Shown in pieces: positions 58,837 to 64,000 of a DNA stretch of 64,000 bases; the stretch's first letter is position 1; the number at the start of each line of letters is the position of its first letter. A model generated the notes under the pieces. The model was not told the DNA's origin and ran no database searches. It saw only the letters and a program-made list of their open reading frames with translations. Origin of the DNA: Candidatus Bathyarchaeia archaeon (GTDB taxonomy: Archaea; Thermoproteota; CALKCG01; B24); NCBI GenBank assembly GCA_038870975.1, contig JAVZJD010000001.1:512001-576000 (forward strand), written 5' to 3'. The translations under genes and the position numbers were made by a program.

Positions 58837-59244
58837 GTTTTTATCCCCGCTTCACAAGTTAGTAAAGCTCACTAATATGATGCTACTCGTACTTATTAAA
58901 GCTTATGTTAAGTTAAATGCCAGCCCGATGGTTGCTCCATAATGTGTGCCGTATGCTATTAACACTTTCACAATCTTACCTGGACAATAGTTCTTAACAA
59001 AAAATAAAAAGATATAAGATTATCTTGACTGATAGAACACTTCACGTTCTTTACGAATCAAATGAAAATCTGGAAATTTAAAGGGATTGGTTGAAGAGTA
59101 AAATGATAGCTTAGAGGGGGAGGTCTAAAAGTCCATACAAAGTTCATACAAAACCAAAAAGCTCTAAACGAGGAGAGAGCAACTTGAGTACTTTCCATTG
59201 TAACATAGTTGTTTTTCACTAGCTCAGTTATCAGTCTGACGGAT

Positions 59245-60214
59245 TTAGCGAACTTCGCATACTCCTCCTGGATCTCGCAGGCCATATAGCGCTGTACGAC
59301 GCCTAATTGATAGCCCATAAGCACTCGTCACAATTACTTTTTCAATGAACCTCGTTAATTCACTAGCAAATCTTGTGGCCAATTTAGCGTCCACGCCTAT
59401 TTTTTCCACCATATACTGTTGTATCCGTTCAGCGCTTGAATCTCTGTCATAACCACAGGCATACATTATTTTCCCGATTTGCCACACTAGACTGTCAAGC
59501 CTTAGCAATGATATGTTGCCGCCTACTCTTTCCTTCAAGCTTTTGAGGACAAGTATCCAAGCTTTCCTGAAAGACTCATCGCTTCCATAATGCTCCAGTA
59601 ATCCGGCACTAACTGTAACATTTTTGACGTGAAAATCTACTGGGATAGGAATATCCCAAGGAAACTTAGCGTAATCACCGAAACAAATCACATGGGAAAT
59701 ATCAAATGCCTTCATGGCAAAGACCATGGTTTTCCGCTCCATTCTGCTTTCAATGGTTTCCGATAGCCTTTTCCAAAGTAGAACGGGGTTTTCCCTTATC
59801 CTCTCATAATTCTCAACAAACCATTTTCCAAACCCGGAATTAAAAATCTTCCAGATTCTGGCAACCTTTATCCGCAAACTACGTACATTTATGGGCTCAT
59901 TGAGGAAGACTTTTATTAAAAATTCAACCTGTTTTAAATTATTCAGGTTATCGAAGCCGCTTGCAACTCTAGCTAACGTTGCCCAAAAAATTATCTGCGC
60001 CGCCGTGACCAAGCTGAAAGTCGATGATTCCCGTACAAATAGATATTAGACCCAGAAACTCCGGCTTCACTCCCCTCTCTCGAATGGCTTTTAGGGCTTG
60101 ATACTCAGGTTCCAGCATATCGAACTTAACGATTTTATCGAGTCCTAATTCGCAGAATAAATCTGCAATAACTTTAACACGCTCAAGATTAACGTCAACT
60201 TCTTCCACAGACAT
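59245..60214 (-). pseudogene. AGOG-family N-glycosylase/DNA lyase, +1 frameshift in a T6 run
   Basis: IIDFQL..GG..FW, KTMVFAMK, IPIPVD.HV, LDSLVWQIG. Removing one A at 59985-59990 joins ORFs 59969..60214 and 59245..60012 (ADNFWATLAR). Confidence 0.8.
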
Positions 60215-60231
60215 CCCAAATTACTCCCGAA

Positions 60232-60690
60232 CTAACAGTCAAAAGGATCATTATTTTCGATAGCCCTTCTCACATTTGCCATGGCCTCACCTAGGCGAAG
60301 TCCTGAAGTCGGTGCGATAACCTCTACCCTAAAATTCTCAAAAGCCCTTCTAACGATCTCAACGTAATCTCGACCGCCTAGTACAACCACCTTGTCAAAT
60401 CTACTAAGATTCTTCTCCTTAATCTGCTCTTTAAGCTTCTCCAAGCTAACAGGTTTGGTCTGGGGTTTCTTAAAGGTTACATTATAATTTTCAGGAATAA
60501 TGGAATCTGGGTCGATAAAACCATATTTAGCGGAGAGAATCACCCATCGGTCTGCAAACTTCTCTGCATACTCTCTATTGGTTTTGAAGAAAGCACTAAC
60601 ATATGTATCCCTCGCCGGCTTAGGACCAGCGTCTGGCTGGAGGTCCCAGATTTTCTTAAATCCACACGAAACTACCACTAATACCGCCAT
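60232..60690 (-). CDS. DUF6884 (YaaA-like) protein
   Basis: VVSCGFKKIW, PARDTY.S..F, WVILSAKYGFI.P...I..YNVT, LGG.DY, GL.LGE. Confidence 0.75.
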   Translation of the reverse strand: MAVLVVVSCGFKKIWDLQPDAGPKPARDTYVSAFFKTNREYAEKFADRWVILSAKYGFIDPDSIIPENYNVTFKKPQTKPVSLEKLKEQIKEKNLSRFDKVVVLGGRDYVEIVRRAFENFRVEVIAPTSGLRLGEAMANVRRAIENNDPFDC

Positions 60691-60843
60691 CCAAAACCCA
60701 ATCTAGCTAATTAAAACCTTCTTATTTCAGTATAAATTAAATTGAGCTTAAACGCCTTTTAAATCCTAGTCTCAACATCCCCTACAAGCGCTTCTCAGAG
60801 AACCTATATTTGGAAGAAGACAATCTTGTTTAACTGTGAAAAT

Positions 60844-60870
60844 AAAAATAGGAGCTTTGCAGGTCTTCTC
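60844..60870 (+). repeat. Degenerate left-arm motif copy
   Basis: aaaaataggagctttgcaggtcttctc, between the AGOG/DUF6884 pair and vapBC. Confidence 0.5.
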
Positions 60871-61059
60871 GAATTGGGTAAGCCGCAAGCTCCCTCAGAC
60901 CTCCTAGAATCGGAAAGAGGGGTTGGACCTCGTTAGAATCTTCTTTCCACGTATCACTCTGGTTTGGAAACAGCCTTAGAAGTCTGGATTTGATAGAGGA
61001 TGCAGACGTTTCCTCAAAAGTGAAAATTGCAGACACTCTGATAAGCAGTTTTCTCTTAA

Positions 61060-61440
61060 TTATTGTAGAAGTTTAAGGCCGAAATTCTTGAAAATACTGA
61101 AGTGCTTTAAATCGAATGTGTAGAGGGATGCTCCTCTATTTAACACTATGGCTGCAATCATGACATCTGTCCTTCGTACAGGTGTTCCTAAACTTTCCGC
61201 TTTTAGCTCTAATTCGGCGGATAACTGGGCATCCCTCTTTGTATAATCAATTATTGGTAGGAGCAGAACATCTCTAACAGGCTTCGCATACTTTTCAAGA
61301 CCATATAAAATTTCATGGAGATTAATCACTGTTGTGGCAACATCCTCGCCTCTCTCAATAAGCTTCCTTAAAGCCTCATCGCCCCTAGCAGACCGCCTAT
61401 CAAAGATCTCAATTAAAACATCCGTATCTAAGACGATCAT
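61060..61440 (-). CDS. PIN-domain toxin (VapC-like)
   Basis: VLDTDVLI, INLHEI..G, DVMIAA, YTFDLKHF. Confidence 0.9.
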   Translation of the reverse strand: MIVLDTDVLIEIFDRRSARGDEALRKLIERGEDVATTVINLHEILYGLEKYAKPVRDVLLLPIIDYTKRDAQLSAELELKAESLGTPVRRTDVMIAAIVLNRGASLYTFDLKHFSIFKNFGLKLLQ

Positions 61441-61664
61441 AATCTACGCTCAGCCCTCGTAGCATAAATTTCCCTTAGCAGAACCTCTTTATCCCTAAAC
61501 TCCACGCAGCCCCTAAGATTCTTTAAGACTTCAAGGGGGCTAGTGCGCTCAATAAGCCTCTCAAATAACTCACTAAAGCTCTCACCCTCACGCTTAATCA
61601 TCAACAACTTCCTATATACGTCATCCCTAATCGTTATTGTTTTAACCAACAAATTCACCATCAA
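61437..61664 (-). CDS. VapB-family antitoxin (UPF0330-like)
   Basis: KTITIRDDVYRKL..IKREGESFSELFERL. Confidence 0.88.
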   Translation of the reverse strand: MMVNLLVKTITIRDDVYRKLLMIKREGESFSELFERLIERTSPLEVLKNLRGCVEFRDKEVLLREIYATRAERRL

Positions 61665-61947
61665 AGAAAATGTTTAAACATACATTTAAACATTTATTTA
61701 GAGCGCTTGAAATAGAATATTTGAAGAAAGCTCAACGTATCGATAAGGTGTTCATTAGAGAACATGAGGAGACGATTCTTCCCAAGTCATCTATCACCAA
61801 ATCTTGATAATAAAACCATCTTCCATTGATGGTTGCCATTGAAATTTGTACCCAGACAATTCTTTTAGAACATCTTTAACTTGGCTAAAAGAGGATAATA
61901 TTCCCTTTGTTGTTAGTTTCGTGCAACTGTACTCTAAGAACAAAAAA

Positions 61948-62199
61948 TTAAAATTCTCCGTGCGGGAAAGTTTTCGCTTTTTTATCTGGATATTCCAAAA
62001 GAGCTTCCCTAAAATGCAAGAAAATTTTCTTAGTTTCACCATCCTGCATAAATAATGTGGCAATATTATGAACCAGTACGAGGTTAATCTCTGGATCAGA
62101 CTCCAGCAATTTTAACAGTTCTTCAAACGCCTGCTCCTGCTGATCTTCTGAGAAACAGCATATCACATAAATGTTGTCTAATGCAGCAGCCGGATCCAT
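61948..62199 (-). pseudogene. RadB/Rad51-like internal fragment fused to the Cdc6 relic
   Basis: DP..ALDNIYV...F..DQQ...F..L..L......LVLVHNIATLF resembles the region before Walker B of RadA/RadB. Confidence 0.4.
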
Positions 62200-62561
62200 C
62201 CCTCCAGGGCTTAAGCTCCGTGAAGCTATAGCTGGAGCCGCCTTCTCCAGCAATTTCCTATAGAGCAGGTATCTGCTGACCCCCTCAACCTTCGCGTTAA
62301 TATAGACATGCTTTAGTGAAATGTCGAGTTTAGATGCCTCGCTCGTAATACGCTTGCCGTATTACGAGCGTATGGCGGTGCATGTTTTCCAGTTCCAACA
62401 CCGCAGACAATCTGCGTAACCTGAAGAAAAGCGTTCTCTGGATCTTCTAATACATGCTCATATAAGGAAAGTAAAACCCCAATCTGCCCTTTGCGGTGGG
62501 GTAGCCTCTCTGGAATGTAACGAGGTGAAAGCTTGCTCCTATCCTTAAATATTGAAACCAT
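62200..62561 (-). pseudogene. Orc1/Cdc6 N-terminal fragment, frameshifted
   Basis: MVSIFKDRSKLSPRYIPERLPHR..QI..L...GVGTGK, then a frameshift, later HVYINAKVEG.SRY.LY..LL. Confidence 0.8.
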
Positions 62562-62582
62562 AAACTTACACAAAGTAGATGC

Positions 62583-62643
62583 ATGAAGGGCACCAGAACC
62601 AGGGGTTTTGATCCGGCCTGCGGCACTTTCACCATAAAACCTC
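62583..62643 (+). repeat. Terminal junction: second-type arm + tRNA-Phe 3' copy (62604-62625) + ctttcaccata
   Basis: ggttttgatccggcctgcggca, 17/22 to the tRNA 3' end; trailer shared with the 54286 and 56441 copies. Confidence 0.7.
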
Positions 62644-62785
62644 ACTCTCTAGGACTGGGGTTAACTTCTTTTAACCACTCCCCCAACCTTCCTCACGTCC
62701 TCTTCATCTTTTTTAAGATATGTCTAAAAACGGGCGAATTGTGTTATACTGTAACTTTTTTATTTTCCTCGCTCTACTATATGAT

Positions 62786-64000
62786 GTGCATCAAGCAATT
62801 ATTCTTAGAGAAGGCTGGGCTATTAAGTCGTCAGCTGAGGTAAAGGTTGATGGAGGAGTTATATCTACTCTTAGTTTCTCTCCAGACGGTTGGTATGCTA
62901 CATCCGTTCCCAGTACGGTTTTAGCAGCTCTCGTCAAAACTGGTGTCTATCCAGACCCGTATTATGGTACGAATATACTGAAGATAGGGGGTAAGACCGC
63001 ATCGAATGTTTCCATAGTCCCTCCGTTCGATGTCCCGTGGTGGTATCGAACGGTGTTTAAATTACCAGCCGATTATAAGGGGAAACGTATTTGGCTAAAT
63101 CTTCAAGGTATAAACTACGCCGCGGAGGTCTGGCTCAACGGACGTTTAGTGGCTGATAGAAGCGCCATTGAAGGTCCGTATAGAATATTTCAACTTGAAA
63201 TAACTGATTATGCGTTGCCTGGAGAGGAGAATTGTCTGGCGATGAAGATATTCCCTCCTAGAAGCACATATCTAGACCTTACAATCGCTTGGGTAGATTG
63301 GAATCCAACACCTCCCGACCTAGATATGGGTATTTGGTACCCCGTGAAGATCACGGCAAGCGGACCAGTGAAGATGAGGAATCCTTTCGTCGCTACAGAC
63401 CTTGACTTGCCATCCCTTGACGTAGCACACCTAGAAATCTCCGTCGAGTTAACCAATCTACTTACAGAGCCAGTAAATGGAGTCTTATACGGCGAGATTT
63501 CGAACGTCAATAATATCGACGAGGGGGGAACATCGATAGGAGGGCCTGAAGTTATCCAGTTCTCCATAGAGGTCTCACTTGAGGCATGTGAAACTAAATT
63601 GGTTAAACATAAGTTAGATATCCCTAATCCACGCATATGGTGGCCTATTCATAGAGGCACTCAACAATTGTATGATTTGAAGTTGAGCTTCCTAATAAAC
63701 GGAGAAGTGTCTGACGCTGAAAAAGTCCGCTTTGGAATCCGCAAAGTCACTTCTTGGATGAACGTTTTTAATGGTAAGAGGACTAGAGTTTTCCAAATCA
63801 ACGGTGAGAACATAGTGATAAGGGGTGCAGAATACGCAGATGATATGATGATGCAGTACTCGCCTGAAATGGAGGAGGCGGCGGTTAAATATGCTGTAGC
63901 TATGAACCTCAACGCACTTCGACTAGAAGGGCCACGAGGCTCAGACCACCTATACGAGCTCTGCGACAAGTATGGGATATTAATTATGGCTGGTTTATGC
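62786..64000 (+). CDS. Glycoside hydrolase family 2 (exo-beta-D-glucosaminidase/beta-mannosidase-like), runs off window end
   Basis: Not in ORF track. GTG start; VPSTVLAALV..GVYPDPYYG.N, WWYRT.F, GINY.AEVWLNG, WVDWNP.PPD..MGIW, FGIR, FQINGE...IRG, MNLNALRLEG, LCDKYGIL. Confidence 0.9.
   Translation, partial: MHQAIILREGWAIKSSAEVKVDGGVISTLSFSPDGWYATSVPSTVLAALVKTGVYPDPYYGTNILKIGGKTASNVSIVPPFDVPWWYRTVFKLPADYKGKRIWLNLQGINYAAEVWLNGRLVADRSAIEGPYRIFQLEITDYALPGEENCLAMKIFPPRSTYLDLTIAWVDWNPTPPDLDMGIWYPVKITASGPVKMRNPFVATDLDLPSLDVAHLEISVELTNLLTEPVNGVLYGEISNVNNIDEGGTSIGGPEVIQFSIEVSLEACETKLVKHKLDIPNPRIWWPIHRGTQQLYDLKLSFLINGEVSDAEKVRFGIRKVTSWMNVFNGKRTRVFQINGENIVIRGAEYADDMMMQYSPEMEEAAVKYAVAMNLNALRLEGPRGSDHLYELCDKYGILIMAGLC

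Larger units (their letters stand above)
52699..62625. mobile_element. tRNA-Phe-anchored tandem array of small integrated cassettes (TA-rich island)
   Basis: The 22-nt tRNA 3' end (52699-52720) recurs at 54264-54285 (21/22), 56419-56440 (20/22) and 62604-62625 (17/22), with conserved flanking arms; cargo is TA pairs and relics. Confidence 0.8.

Noticed and set aside
52647-62643. CRISPR array or split-tRNA halves as an explanation for the repeated tRNA fragments
   Set aside because: Spacing is kilobases and irregular, with no cas genes. The fragments start in the T-arm, are degenerate and lack complementary leaders, so they fit att duplications.

Overview
Archaeal chromosome segment (archaeal-type tRNA-Phe, Cdc6, AGOG, TrmB and PUA-domain genes). 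The gene content suggests a TACK lineage such as a Bathyarchaeia-like organism, but I cannot confirm this. Layout: (i) 1-8.3 kb, a BREX-related defence operon: EVE-domain protein, DUF1156-type adenine methylase interrupted by an in-frame TAA, DUF499-type ATPase, short PglZ-like phosphatase, an unknown protein and a convergent PD-(D/E)XK nuclease. (ii) 8.9-44.7 kb, metabolic and envelope genes: speD/speE, three Cys-rich DUF6785-like membrane paralogues, an OPT-like transporter, a 1566-aa degenerate-M28/FtsX fusion, three PA14 membrane proteins, amino-sugar-type enzymes and two ABC systems, one with a binding protein fused to half of a WtpA. (iii) 44.8-52.1 kb, MNT/HEPN modules, hisH/hisF and a dipeptidase. 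(iv) 52.6-62.6 kb, the most striking structure: an array anchored on tRNA-Phe. Repeated copies of the tRNA 3' end (plus one Ala-like end) sit inside conserved left and right arms, which include paired 12-bp palindromes 9 bp apart. They partition small cassettes carrying five different toxin-antitoxin pairs, an AGOG/DUF6884 pair and a Cdc6 relic, and no recombinase catalytic domain is visible. The same left-arm motif recurs at 8.5, 11.2 and 26.8 kb. The window ends in a GH2 gene missing from the ORF track. All family calls come from motif recognition by eye; no searches were run.
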